Origin: Octopus bimaculoides
Lineage: Eukaryota
Direction: 5' to 3'
NCBI RefSeq assembly: GCF_001194135.2
Contig: NC_068994.1
Location: forward strand, 16,468,506-16,532,175
Length of the DNA stretch: 63,670 nucleotides
The notes beneath the pieces are model-generated. The model was not told where the DNA came from. It made no database searches and was given only the letters and a program-made list of their open reading frames with translations. Positions 10,241 through 22,318 of the stretch are shown here, in pieces. The first letter of the stretch is position 1, and every line of letters starts with the position of its first letter. The translations under genes were made by a program, and so were the position numbers.

Positions 10241-13075
10241 GAGTACCACATTATTGAGGGAGGGGGATAAGTCTATCATATGTGCACACAATAGACTTCC
10301 ACAAACTTCCTATTTACCAAATTTTAACCACAAAGCATTTGTCAACTCAAGGTTATGGTGGAGAACATTTGCCCAAGGCATTTTGTAATGAGATTAACTA
10401 CATTTTGTTAATGTATTTCTGCCAGCTCACCACACTGCTTTTGTTTCATTTAATTTTGCTAGTAATAAAGAATAAATAATTTTGTCATTATTAGGCATGT
10501 GTTTAAAACATAATGTCAAGACGAGATGTGACTGTCGCTTCCCAACCACATGGTTCTGAGTTCAGTCCCACTGTGTGACACCTTGGGCAAATGTCTTCTA
10601 TTATAGCCTCGGGCCAACCAAAGCCCTGTAAGTGGATTTGGTATACAGAAACTGAAGGAAACCCNNNNNNNNNNNNNNNNNNNNNNNNNNNNNNNNNNNN
10701 NNNNNNNNNNNNNNNNNNNNNNNNNNNNNNNNNNNNNNNNNNNNNNNNNNNNNNNNNNNNNNNNNNNNNNNNNNNNNNNNNNNNNNNNNNNNNNNNNNNN
10801 NNNNNNNNNNNNNNNNNNNNNNNNNNNNNNNNNNNNNNNNNNNNNNNNNNNNNNNNNNNNNNNTATGACTTCCACTAAGCCTGTGAATTGCTAAGTCATA
10901 TCCTACTACATGTGTTGGATTGTCTGTGTCTGAAAAAGCAGTCAGTTTAATTTGATTGAGAAAATGAATAGCAACGCTTTACTAGACAACATAAACCTAA
11001 ATGGTTCAGAAAGAAATGCCAGTCTTATGAATTATAAACATTTGTCTTTTACTTCTTTCATTTATTGAACTGTGGCTGTGTTGGAACATAGCTTTAAGGG
11101 TTTTAGTTTAGTAGTTCTTAACCTTTTTTTTTTTTTTTACCTACACACCACTTTGATTACTATTTTATTCAGGTGGACACCCCCATAACCATTTGATTTT
11201 TAAAAAACTAGTTTTTCTAGATACTCCTTTCAATATTCTTGTTTTGTTTTGCTCCCAGTCACTTGTGTAGGTTTGCAATAGTGCTCTTTAAAAGACTGCA
11301 TTTCAGTGGTTGGAAATATGTTGAACTATGTTAAGCGTTAGAGAAAGAAACAATAAATACATCTAAAGCAAAGTTTTTATTCCTTAACCCCCTAAAATAC
11401 TTATATGGACCTCTGGTTGAGAACCACTAGTTTAGTTGAATAAATCAACAACAGTATTTCTTTTATTCTTTAACATCTGGTACTTATTCTATCAGTCACT
11501 TTTACTGAACCACTAAGTTATGAAGAACAAACAAACACTGCTTATCATGGAATGGTGGAGGACAAACACAAAGGTGCATGTGTGCACACACACACATGTA
11601 TATATATATATATATACATATATGACAGGCCGATGCCGGTGTCTTGTAACTGGCACCCATGCCAGTGGCACGTAAAAGCACCCTTCAAACATTGGGCCTC
11701 ATGGAGGCAATGATAAGTGACTGAGACCTTTGGCAATATGCCATGCTTGAGATGACCCATCAAACCAAGTGAAATCGTAGTTATGGCCAATGCCAGTGGC
11801 ACATAAAAAGCACCCATTACACTTTTGGAGCGGTTGGTATTAGGAAGGGCATCAAGTTGTAGAAGCCAAGCCAAATCTGATTGAAACCCGGTGTAGTTCT
11901 CCAGCTTACCAGTTTCAGTCAAAGTGTCTAACCCATGCCTGCATGGAAAGCAGACGCTAAATGCTGATGATGATGACAAGCTTCTTTCAGTTTCCATCTA
12001 CCAAATCTACTCTCAAGGCTTTACTCAGCCTAACGCTATAGTAGAAGACACATGCCCAAGGTACCTTGGAGTGGGACTGAATCTAAGGCCAAATGGTCAT
12101 ACCTGAAAAGAACTTTTTTCTTTTTCGCAGTGTTTGAATTATTAATAGGCCAAGGAAATGATTGTTTGTAATTGTGTCAGTTGCTAAGGTACTTCATTTA
12201 ATTTACTGAGCTACATAAATAGACACAATGTGGAGGCCGGATTTATAAGTGAAACAGTACAAGAAATGATTTATAATTTTCCAAAGATCTAATATTTATG
12301 ACTTTCTGGACAGAGCATGGAGTTCAATTTCACCTGTGTATATATCTATGAGGTTGAGAGTTGTTGGTTCAGTTGGCTATATTCCTTGCTTAAGTAAGTC
12401 AGTATGAGAAATACACGTAAGCCCATGCTATTGTAATAGGCCCCGAGCTGGCAGAATTGTTAGCACGCAAGGCAAAATGCTGAAAGGCATTTCATCCGTC
12501 TTTATATTCTGAGTTTGAATTCCACTGAGGTCGACTTTGCCTTTCATCTGTTCGGGGTCAATAAAATAAGTATCAGTTGAGCACTGGATTCACAAACCAG
12601 GTCTAATTGCAATAAAGATCTATAGTGTACAGGATCTGTCCTCTTTATTTCGAGGTACAGCTTGCATGCCAGCTAAAATGTTTAGCAGCAATTCTCCCAT
12701 CTTTATGCTCCAAGTTCAAATTCCGCTAAGGTTGACTTGGTGTTTTTTATCCTTTTGGGCTTGATGAAATAAATACCAGTTGAGCACTGGGGTCAGTGTA
12801 ATTGACTTACCCCCTACCCTGAAATTGTTGGCCTTGTGCCAAAATTTTAAATGAATATTTATGGTTATTTTCCATGCTTAAGCACTACATCATCATAAAG
12901 TCATGTGTATATGTATGTATACATGTGTGTGTATATACACTCACACACACATATATCTATGCACAAATCTGTATGTCTGTTTATCTGTTTCTTTCTCATT
13001 TACACCCTGTGTGTGTGTATATGTATATGTATGTATACTAATACACATATATCTATTTCTACAAATATTTTCTAG

Positions 13076-13309
13076 ACTCAGGACATGTCCATTTCCCCGA
13101 GGAAGAAGTATCACATCACGAAGCTCAGATTCTGGTGCTAGATACAGGCAAAAACCATATTGATGTAAAGTTAGGCTTCTTACAACTTGACCATGTGTAT
13201 GAAGTAACGTTTGCCTTCAATCACAACCTGGGTGAAGATCTAATCATAGAACCAAAGGCCAAAAGGAATGCCTATGTAAAAGTACTCTCGTTTACACCAA
13301 CTAAAGACG
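13076..13309 (+). CDS. ADISSP: ADISSP/C20orf27 homologue, coding exon 2
   Basis: TAG acceptor at 13073-13075; G|GTAGGT donor. Encodes SGHVHFPEEEVSHHEAQILVLDTGKNHIDVKLGFLQLDHVYEVTF...VKVLSFTPTKD, aligning to recalled human C20orf27 (HVHFDE...VKVGFLKILHRYEITF...LKLLSVVP). Confidence 0.88.
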
Positions 13310-13356
13310 GTAGGTTCTTGTTATTGTTGTTGCTTTAATAGTAAACTGTTGGTTAA

Positions 13357-13970
13357 CCCTTTAGCATTTAAACCAGCCATATCTGGCCCAGATATTTTAC
13401 CTGTTTTGTGCTCAAATCAGCTAGAACTGGTCTCGCACAACTACTCTGCAATGTCATTCTAAAAATCAACAACCACATCACTGAAATCTCAAAGCTATGA
13501 GATAATACATGTTTAATTCAAAAATTTGTGAATAAATAAGCTTTACATTTGACAAAGTTGTTGGCACTCCATCGCTTATGACATCGAGGGTTCCAGTTGA
13601 TCCGATCAACGGAACAGCCTGCTCGTGAAATTGACATGCAAGTGGCTGAGCACTCCACAGACATGTGTACCCTTAACGTAGTTCTTGGGAATATTCAGCG
13701 TGACACAGTGTGACAAGGCTGACCCTTTGAATTACAGGCACAACAGAAACAGGAAGTAAGAGCGAGAGAAAGTTGTAGTGGAAGAGTACAGCAGGGTTCA
13801 CCACCATCCCCTGCCGGAGCCTCGTGGAGCTTTAGGTGTTTTTGCTCAATAAACACTCACAACGCCCGGTCTGGGAATCAAAACCGCGATCCTATGACCG
13901 CGTGTTCGCTGCCCAAACCACTGGGCCATTGCGCCTCCACATTTGACAAAGTAATCTGAATGCTAAAGGG
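13357..13970. mobile_element. piggyBac-type MITE interrupted by a family-1 SINE
   Basis: TTAA on both sides; TIRs CCCTTTAGCATT / AATGCTAAAGGG. Uninterrupted 220-bp relative at 19612-19831. Confidence 0.85.
13559..13938 (-). mobile_element. tRNA-derived SINE, family 1, nested in the MITE
   Basis: 14-bp TSD ACATTTGACAAAGT at 13545-13558 and 13939-13952. Confidence 0.9.
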
Positions 13971-14639
13971 TTAATTAGCTCATCATATATACCTCTTTGT
14001 TATGTGTGTGTACTAAATTGCTTAATGGTATTTCATTTCATCATTCTATGCTGGGCTAATGGTCATCTTTTTCTTTATCCTTCCAAGATTATTTAAAATA
14101 AGTTTCAATTATCTCTTGATATTGATTCAGTTGGCTAAATCACTTTTTTTTTTTTTTTTTTTTTTTCAATCTTGGATTTTATCTCAACAGGAAACATAAT
14201 CTGTGATATTATTCTGCTGTAGTGTATGATATATATATATATATATATTTATATTTATTTCCACTTAAATGTAGATGCACACTTGTTTATATCACTAGTG
14301 GGGAGATAAATTCCTGTGATTTCCAGCGCGAAGACCACAAGATCACATGATTTTGACCTTCTTTGGTTTTGTCAATGATGGACACTCAACTGCTAGAGAT
14401 AGCAGCAACTTATCCCTACCACCAGTGATATATAGAAAAACAGTGCTAGAACAATTAGCCAGTGAGCTTGATAAAAAATATATATTAGTGACAGAGGCAG
14501 TATTAATACTGAAAGGTAATATTTATTCCCACTTAAACTTGGATGTTCTCTTAGAGCAATCTATATTGCAGTAGTTATGTGTGTGCGTATGTATATATTT
14601 GTGTGTGTGTGTGTATTATGCATTTTACTGGAAAAAAAA

Positions 14640-14985
14640 AAGAGAGTGAAGACGCCCTTCAGTTATGAATGACCATGGGATTACACCTAGAAAGTTACCC
14701 TCTGAGGCACAAGTCCAGGCAAGGTCGTAGGTCGTTTATGGAAGACCAGCAGTCACCCATGCGTACCAGCTTCTCCTCTCCATTGCCACCAATCTTATCT
14801 AAGGGAAAGGCAAAGGCAGATACAGTTTGGCACAAGCGATGTTGTGACTCATTTCTGCAGCTGAGTGAACTGGAACAGCATGAAGTAAAGTATCTTGCTC
14901 AAGAACACAATGTGTCTAGGAATCAAACTCACTACTTCATGATTGTGAACCCGGTACTCTAACCACTGAGCCATGCACCTTCACG
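14640..14985 (-). mobile_element. tRNA/CORE-type SINE, family 4
   Basis: tRNA-like head gtgaaggtgcatggctcagtggttagag on the - strand; + strand homologue at 30576-30915. Confidence 0.7.
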
Positions 14986-16581
14986 CATTATACTACAGAA
15001 TGAAATCAAAGACATCTCATATTTATTTTGTACCTTGAGAGTACTCTCTCTCTCTCTCTCTCTNNNNNNNNNNCCTCTCTCTCAGCCATGTATTTTTCTT
15101 TTCAGTATGACATCTGTTTCTGGACCTCTATCCTACTTTCACCTCCTCCTTCAGTACTACACCGCTCTCAGATGAGAGGTCTTTCTCTGTGAGAACTTAG
15201 TGACCTCACTAGTGCTGGTGCTATGAACAAAGAAGCACCCAGTACACTGTAAAGTGGTTGGTGTTGGGAAGGGCATCTGGCTATAGAAACCATATCAAAG
15301 CAGACATTGGAGCTCAACACAACCCGTCTGGCTTGTCATTTCCTGTCAAACCATCCAATGCATGTCAGCATAGAAAAAGTAATACATCATTAAACAACAA
15401 TGTACTATTGTTATATTTTTTAGAATTTATACGTTGGGTTGGCCTGAAGCTATAATAGAAGATACTTGCCTCTGGAATTTGTAGATCAAATTTAATAATG
15501 TATGCTTTATCGATTGTTATTACTTATATGAGGCTCAGGTTAAGATATGTGGACGTGCAACTTTTGAATCAAACTGCAACTATTGTGTTACTGATGACAT
15601 ACATAACACTACTGCACACATGGTTAGTTATAGAAAGTGCATCTAACCATAAAAATAATTACTTCAACAACAAACAGAGCTGAGTTTGTTAAAGTGTATT
15701 GAAAAGAAAACTGTACAAATCAAAAGTTGCTTGAATAATTTATCTCCCTTAGATATTAACTAAGACATTACGCTCCCTCATCTCCTATATTCATTTCTGT
15801 CATTGGATTGTAGCCATGTTGGGCCACTGCAATGAAGGGTTTCAGTCAAGCAAAATCAACCCCAGCACATATTTTTTTATATCTGTTACTTATCCTATTA
15901 GTATCTTTTGCCAAACTGTTAGGTTACAAAGTTGTAAACAAGCCACACCTGTGTGTGTGTGTGTACATATATATATTATTTTACATGTTCCAGTCATGCT
16001 CGAGCTGTTGAAGAATTTTTAATTGACGGAATTGACCTCGGTCCTTATTTTTTTAAAGCCTGGTACTTATTCTATCAGTCACTTTTACTGAATCACTAAG
16101 TTGTGGGGATGTAAACACACTGACACCTGTTGACGAGCAGTGGCAGGGAACAAACACACACACACATATACAATGGGCTTTTTCCAGTTTCTGTCTACCG
16201 AATCCACTCACAAGGCTTTGGTTGGCCCAAGACTATAGAAGATGTCACTTGCCCAAGGTGCTGTGCAGTGGGATTGAACCTGGAACCATGTGGTTGTGAA
16301 GCAGCACACAAACACAGTGGGCTTTCACATGGCTTCCATCTACCTAATTCAAGGCATCGGTCAACCTGAAAGTTTTTTTGTATTTATCTTTTATTTTTTA
16401 CTTGTTTCAGTCATTTGACTGCAGCCATGCTGGGGCATTGCCTTGAAGGGTTTTAGTTGAACAAATCAACCCCAGGATTTATTCTATTGGTCTCTTCACT
16501 GAGTTACAGGGACATAAACACACCAACACCATTTCTCAAGTGGTGGTAGGGAGACAAACACAGACACACACATAAATATAT

Positions 16582-16631
<50 letters not shown>

Positions 16632-17034
16632 GACTAGCTTCTTTCAGTTTCTGTTTACCAAATCCACTTGCAAAGCTTTGGTTGTCCTGAGGCTATCATA
16701 GAAGACACTTGCACAAGGTGTCATGCAGTAAGACTGAACCGAGAACCATGTGGTTGGGAAACAAGCTTCTTTACCACACAGCCACACTATTAAATAATAC
16801 ATGACATTTTTAATTTCACATCTTTTATCTTTTACTTGTTTCAGTCATTGGACTGTGGCTAAGCTGGGGCACCACCTTATGTGTTTTAGTTGAACAAATC
16901 ATCTCCGCAGCATATATGTATATGTTTCATGCTTGAGAAAAGAGACAGAATTCTCTGATCATGTTGCAACCTTTAAAAATTATACTGTATACCTGTTATT
17001 TTTTTTTTCTCCCTCTCTCTCTCTTCCTATTCAG

Positions 17035-17163
17035 GGAAAGGTCATGATGTGGTGCTTAAATTTAATGCCCGAAAAGAACATGTGGTAAATGAAATCTTTC
17101 ATGTGTCAACTAAGACAAAACCAAAAAAGAAGCTAACACTACAGTTGTGTGCAAGAATTCTGG
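17035..17163 (+). CDS. ADISSP: ADISSP/C20orf27 homologue, coding exon 3
   Basis: Long pyrimidine tract and CAG at 17032-17034; G|GTGAGT donor; phase 1-1. Encodes KGHDVVLKFNARKEHVVNEIFHVSTKTKPKKKLTLQLCARIL (cf. human YSVKCEYSAHKEGVLKEEI...VRVTVQARVM). Confidence 0.88.
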
Positions 17164-18595
17164 GTGAGTTTGTGGTTTTGTTCAGTTGTTACAATAACTG
17201 TATATTATATCTTTTATCTTTTACTTCTTTCAGTCATTTGATTATGGCCATGCTGGGGCACCACATTGAAGAATTTTTAGTCAAATGAATCAAACCCAGT
17301 ACATTTTTTTTTTTTTTTTGAAACCTGGTATTTATTTCATCAGTCTCTTTTGCCAAACTGCTAAGTTACAGGGATGTAAACACACCAACACTGGTTGTTA
17401 AGTGGTGGTTGGGGACAAACACACACATTCACATGACAGGCTTCTTTCAGTTTCCGTTTACCAAGCCACTCACAAGGCAGGCTTCAGTTGACCGGGGCTA
17501 TATTAGAAGGCACTTGCCCAAGGTGCCACAGAGTGAGACTGAACCTGAACCCATGTGGTTGAGAAGGAAACTTCTTACCACAAGTCACACCTGCACCTAT
17601 GTATTGAATCCTTTTTACCCTCCCTCTTCCCCCAGTCTATTGTATTCTCTCTTATGCTCAGCTTTTGTACCTTGAGAGTTGCTCAGGTACCTTTCATCAC
17701 TACCATCTTTATCTTTTTCTTTACTATTCCCACCCTTATATAATGTGGGGTGGACATGTACAAAGGGGTGCTAAAAAGTTCCTGGCTTTGGGTAAAAGAA
17801 AATATGGAAGGATCAGTTAATTATGATTTTTTTCAACATATTCCCCTCTCAGATTCACACACTTATTGCAGTGGTCCTTCAGTTTTTCTAAGCCCTGCGA
17901 AAGAACTTGGAATACATAGGTGCAGGTGTGACTGTGTAATAAGAAATTTCCTTCTCAACCACATGGTTTCAGGTTCAGTCTCACTCTGTGGCACCTTGGG
18001 CAAGTGCCTTCTAATATAGTCCCACTGCATGGCACCTTCTACTATAGCCTCGGATCAACCAAAGCTTTGTGGGTGGATTTGATAGATGGGAAGTGAAAGA
18101 AGCCTGCTGTATGTGTGAGTGTGTCTTTGTGTCTGTGTTTGTCCACCACCACTACTTGACAACCGATGTTGGTGTGTATACATCCCCGTAATCTAGCAGT
18201 TCAGCAAAAAGTCACTGATAGAATAAGTACAAGGATTTTTAAAAAAATAAGGACTGGGGTCAATTTGTTTGACTAAAAGCCTTCGTGGGTGGCACCCCAG
18301 CATGGCCACAGTATAATGAATGAAACAAGTGAAAAATAGAAGACATAAGTATTTATGTATTATTGCCATTCAATAGATTATCACCTGTAGCCTTTACACT
18401 TTGAACTCTCTTGTAATTATGATAATCTTTGAGATATCTGTTGCATTACAACAGGAAGTACTATGCTTTTATTTAACATTTTTATGGTAACCGAGTATAA
18501 AGCATAACTTTCAGTCTGTATGATGACTGAGAGGAATTATCTAGGGAGGCATCTGATATGAAAGACAACAGTTGATCGAGTGCTAATATAGTTAA

Positions 18596-18815
18596 CCCTT
18601 TCGTTACCAACCCGGCTGAAACCGGCTCTGGCTCTGAGTACAAATGTCTTGTTTTCATAAGTTTTGAATTAAAATCTTCCACCAAACCTTAGTCGCAATT
18701 TATGTTCCTAACACTAGCTGAAAGATAACTAAGTTATTTTACTAAATTCTTTATTACATTTAAAGTAATTGAAAGAAACACAGAGCATCTCAGAATAAAT
18801 ACAGTAATGAAAGGG
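18596..18815. mobile_element. piggyBac-type MITE (second family)
   Basis: TTAA at 18592-18595 and 18816-18819; TIRs CCCTTTCGTTAC / GTAATGAAAGGG (1 mismatch). Confidence 0.8.
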
Positions 18816-18989
18816 TTAATGTAGTGCAAATAAAAAGTATTTTTCAATTCATTAAAGTTATTCACGATATAATCCTTGCTGAGGCTTTGCACACAGAAGT
18901 GCAGACACATGGTCAACCATGACTGGCAAAAGGCCTAATCCTTTTGATTACCAACCTGTCCTGAGACCACCCTTGGTTCTATTATACAA

Positions 18990-19247
18990 ATTCCTTCTTT
19001 TAAGATGATTGAAATAAAACCTTCCATCAAAACTACAGGTTAGTTTGTTCCAAAACACCAGCTTAATTATGACAAGGTGTTTTTTTTTTTTTATTGAATT
19101 CTTCATTAAATGATTAAAATTAAAACCTCCCATCAAAACTATGCCAAAACACCAGCTTAATAATGTTATTAAATTCTTTAGTAAATGATTAAAATTAAAA
19201 CCTTCCATCAAAACTACAGGTTAGTTTGTTCCAAAACACCAGCTTAA
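18990..19247. repeat. Tandem repeat of 70-110-bp units (aaaaccttccatcaaaact...ccaaaacaccagcttaa) running into a gap
   Basis: Motif recurs at about 19016, 19123 and 19196; related to the interior of the 18596 MITE. Confidence 0.7.
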
Positions 19248-19611
19248 NNNNNNNNNNNNNNNNNNNNNNNNNNNNNNNNNNNNNNNNNNNNNNNNNNNNN
19301 NNNNNNNNNNNNNNNNNNNNNNNNNNNNNNNNNNNNNNNNNNNNNNNNNNNNNNNNNNNNNNNNNNNNNNNNNNNNNNNNNNNNNNNNNNNNNNNNNNNN
19401 NNNNNNNNNNNNNNNNNNNNNNNNNNNNATGTTTGACTCTAATTCAGGCTTTGAGCAATCTTTTTCAAGAAGCAGGCTGCATGAGTTCTGGCTCATCATC
19501 AGGCAGGCTAAAAAAAAAAAATCAAAGTAATTTTCCATTAGACATGCCATTCAGAAAGCCCTGTGGGCTGCAGCTTGCTCATAACTGCTCTTATTATTTT
19601 ATTTTCTTTAA

Positions 19612-19831
19612 CCCTTTAGTATTTAAACAGGCCATATCCAGCCCAAATATGCTTCCTGTTTTATGCTGTAGCTAGTCAGATCAAGCCTATCACACTTACT
19701 CTTCAATGCCATCCTAGAAATATACAATCTCATCATCGAAACTTTATAGCTACAAAATAAAACATGATTAATTATAAACAATGTCAATGAAAAAGCATAA
19801 CATTTGACAAAATAATCTGAATATGAAAGGG
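19612..19831. mobile_element. piggyBac-type MITE, uninterrupted
   Basis: TTAA-CCCTTTAGTATT ... AATATGAAAGGG-TTAA. Further partial copies at about 31645-32235 and 59625-59803. Confidence 0.8.
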
Positions 19832-20461
19832 TTAAAGGTAGCAAGCTAGCAGGATTGTTAGCATGCCAGGCAAAATGCTGAGCAGCATTCTGGCTGTCTT
19901 TATGTTCTGAGTTCAAATTCCACCGAAGTTGACTTTACCTTTCATCCTTTTGATGATTCCATAATTTTACTTTGATTATTCAATATCGCCAAGGCAGTAA
20001 ACTGGCAGAATCATTATCCCAAAATGCTTAGCGGCATTTCATGTCTTTATGTTCTGTGTTCAAATTCCGCCATGGTCAGCTTTCCCTTTTATCCTTTTGG
20101 GGTCAATAAAATAAGGTAGTGCTCCAGCATGGCTGCCATCAAATGACTGAAACAAGTAAAAGAATACACACACAAACATGTATGTATGTGTGTGTATATA
20201 TCTATATATATATATAAAGGCTTTATGATGCAAACAGGAAAAATAGAACTCGAATATAGGGATCAATGTAATGGACTTACCCCATCCCCACCAAATTACT
20301 AGCCTTGTACCAAAATTTGGAAATCATTATTTTACTTTCTTTGTTAATCTGTAATGAATTAGCTTTACTTTTGTGAGTTTTTTTTTTTTTTGTTTTTTGT
20401 TTTTTTTTTATGTTATTCATTTTCTTTATTCTTTTTCTTTTTTTTATTTCAACATTGGCAG

Positions 20462-20565
20462 GTCCAGGAAAAGGTACTCCGATATTGAAGGAAGGTATCC
20501 ATATACTTCAGGTGCAGGATGAGTATGACTTGGATCCATCTGACTCACATGGCTACTCTGAATAA
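20462..20565 (+). CDS. ADISSP: ADISSP/C20orf27 homologue, terminal coding exon
   Basis: Pyrimidine tract and CAG at 20459-20461. Encodes PGKGTPILKEGIHILQVQDEYDLDPSDSHGYSE then TAA (cf. human HHGTPMLLDGVKCVGAELEYDSEHSDWHGFD). The four exons total 492 nt = 163 aa plus stop. Confidence 0.9.
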
Positions 20566-21332
20566 ATCAATTTCAGAGACAAAGGATCAAGAAAATGTTT
20601 TGTTTTTTTTGTATACATATATATATGTATTTATATATATGTATTTTTATTTTAAGTAAAGACTATTGCTAAACTAGTTTCACTAAACTTTTGACTCCTA
20701 GTAAATATTTCAAATCATCTTTGTTTCTAGTTTTATGAATTCAGTTAACTCTATCAAGCAACTTTTCATACATATACACGTAGGGGTATGATAGACGTAA
20801 TAATTAATTCTGTTTTTACATAGAAATATTGTTTAGCCTAAGTTAACCCTGATCAGTAGATCACTTGTGACCATCCCATCTTGTAAGAATATATAGAATA
20901 TTATCTGATATGTTTTGTCATTCATATAAGATAGAAGATGTGATTTGAGGGAGATTTGGCTGCTTTTTCGAGCAGAACAATTGACCAAAATAGGGGCTCC
21001 TTCGTTGGCTCGGTTACTTAGAATAGATATGAAACGCAATATGTGTACAGATGAGAAGTGTAAACACGGACACAGATGTGCCAATACGCAATTGAGAGTT
21101 TACATTTGTGTTATTCAAGTCTCAAGTAGACTGATTCTGATTGCAATCAAATAAATTTACCCATTACTTTTACACGCAATATTTTTTTCATCTCAAAACA
21201 CTCATTGGCCTGTGCAATATTTCTTATTATCTGCAATCATCAACAAAATAATCTATATCAGACTGTTCCAGTTGCACTTGTCAAACACATGTACACATAC
21301 CACTCACACATAACATAAAGACTCTCTCTCTT

Positions 21333-21373
<41 letters not shown>

Positions 21374-21521
21374 AGATGGATGAGGGTGGGATGGGGAATA
21401 AAGATAGGGCTAATAAGCTGCTTTCTCAAGCAGTTTTATTAGAAACACTCAATGTTGCAATGATTTATAACTTCCATGTAATGTACTGTGTTCAGACTGG
21501 TTCTTAATGACAGCTACAATT

Positions 21522-21559
<38 letters not shown>

Positions 21560-21563
<4 letters not shown>

Positions 21564-21690
21564 TGAAAGGGTAAAGGATTATCAATTTATTAATAAATTA
21601 ATAATTAATAATTTTTACCAAGCCTTTCGGTATGTAAGCACCATTATCGGTGTGGAACTTATTTAAAAGTTCTTATACATTTATACACAA
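21560..21690 (-). repeat. Dispersed AT-rich element of about 130 bp embedded in (TA)n
   Basis: Reverse-complement homologue at 46050-46165. Confidence 0.7.
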
Positions 21691-22144
21691 AATTATATAT
21701 ATATACATACAGGTGCAAGCATGGCTGTTCGGTAAGAAGATTGCTTCCCAACCACATCATTCTGGGCTCAGTCCCACTGTGTGGCACCTTGGGCAGGTGT
21801 CTTCTATTATAGCCTCAGGCTAACCAAAGCCTTGTGAGTGGATTTGGTAGACAGAAACTAGAAGAAACCCATTGTATATATATATATATTCATGTGTGTG
21901 TGTCTTTGTGTCTGTGTTTGTCCCCCCACCATNNNNNNNNNNNNNNNNNNNNNNNNNNNNNNNNNNNNNNNNNNNNNNNNNNNNNNNNNNNNNNNNNNNN
22001 NNNNNNNNNNNNNNNNNNNNNNNNNNNNNNNNTATATATATATATATATAATATATATATATAATGTACTGTTCCATTATGGTAAGATCAACAAAATAAG
22101 TACTCCATTTGGTGAGAGATAAATATTATTCAATAGACACAATA

Positions 22145-22216
22145 TTTGTTTTTATGTGCTACAAATAGTTTCATATGTTGAGAAATACCTCATGCATATT
22201 CATCAGGCGCAGACAA
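22145..22216 (-). ncRNA. Type I hammerhead ribozyme (family C), minus strand
   Basis: The - strand reads UGCGC-CUGAUGA-AUAUG(..UGAG..CUCA..)CAUAU-GAAAC-UAUUU-GUA-GCACA. All core nucleotides present; predicted cleavage between 22160 and 22159. Confidence 0.7.
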
Positions 22217-22244
22217 CTTATCATCCTTTTTAGTTCATTATGAT

Positions 22245-22318
22245 ATGTGGTTTGTGCCTGATGAATATGTTTGGGCTATTTCTCAGTATATGAAATTATT
22301 AGTAGTACATAAAGACAT
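22245..22318 (+). ncRNA. Type I hammerhead ribozyme (family C), plus strand
   Basis: UGUGC-CUGAUGA(22258-22264)-AUAUG...UAUAU-GAAA(22292-22295)U-UAUUA-GUA-GUACA. Stems I and II fully paired with wobbles; predicted cleavage between 22304 and 22305. Confidence 0.72.

Noticed and set aside
14287-14433. Short imperfect terminal inverted repeats (about 22 bp) suggesting a MITE
   Set aside because: Too diverged, with no clear TSD or second copy in the window.
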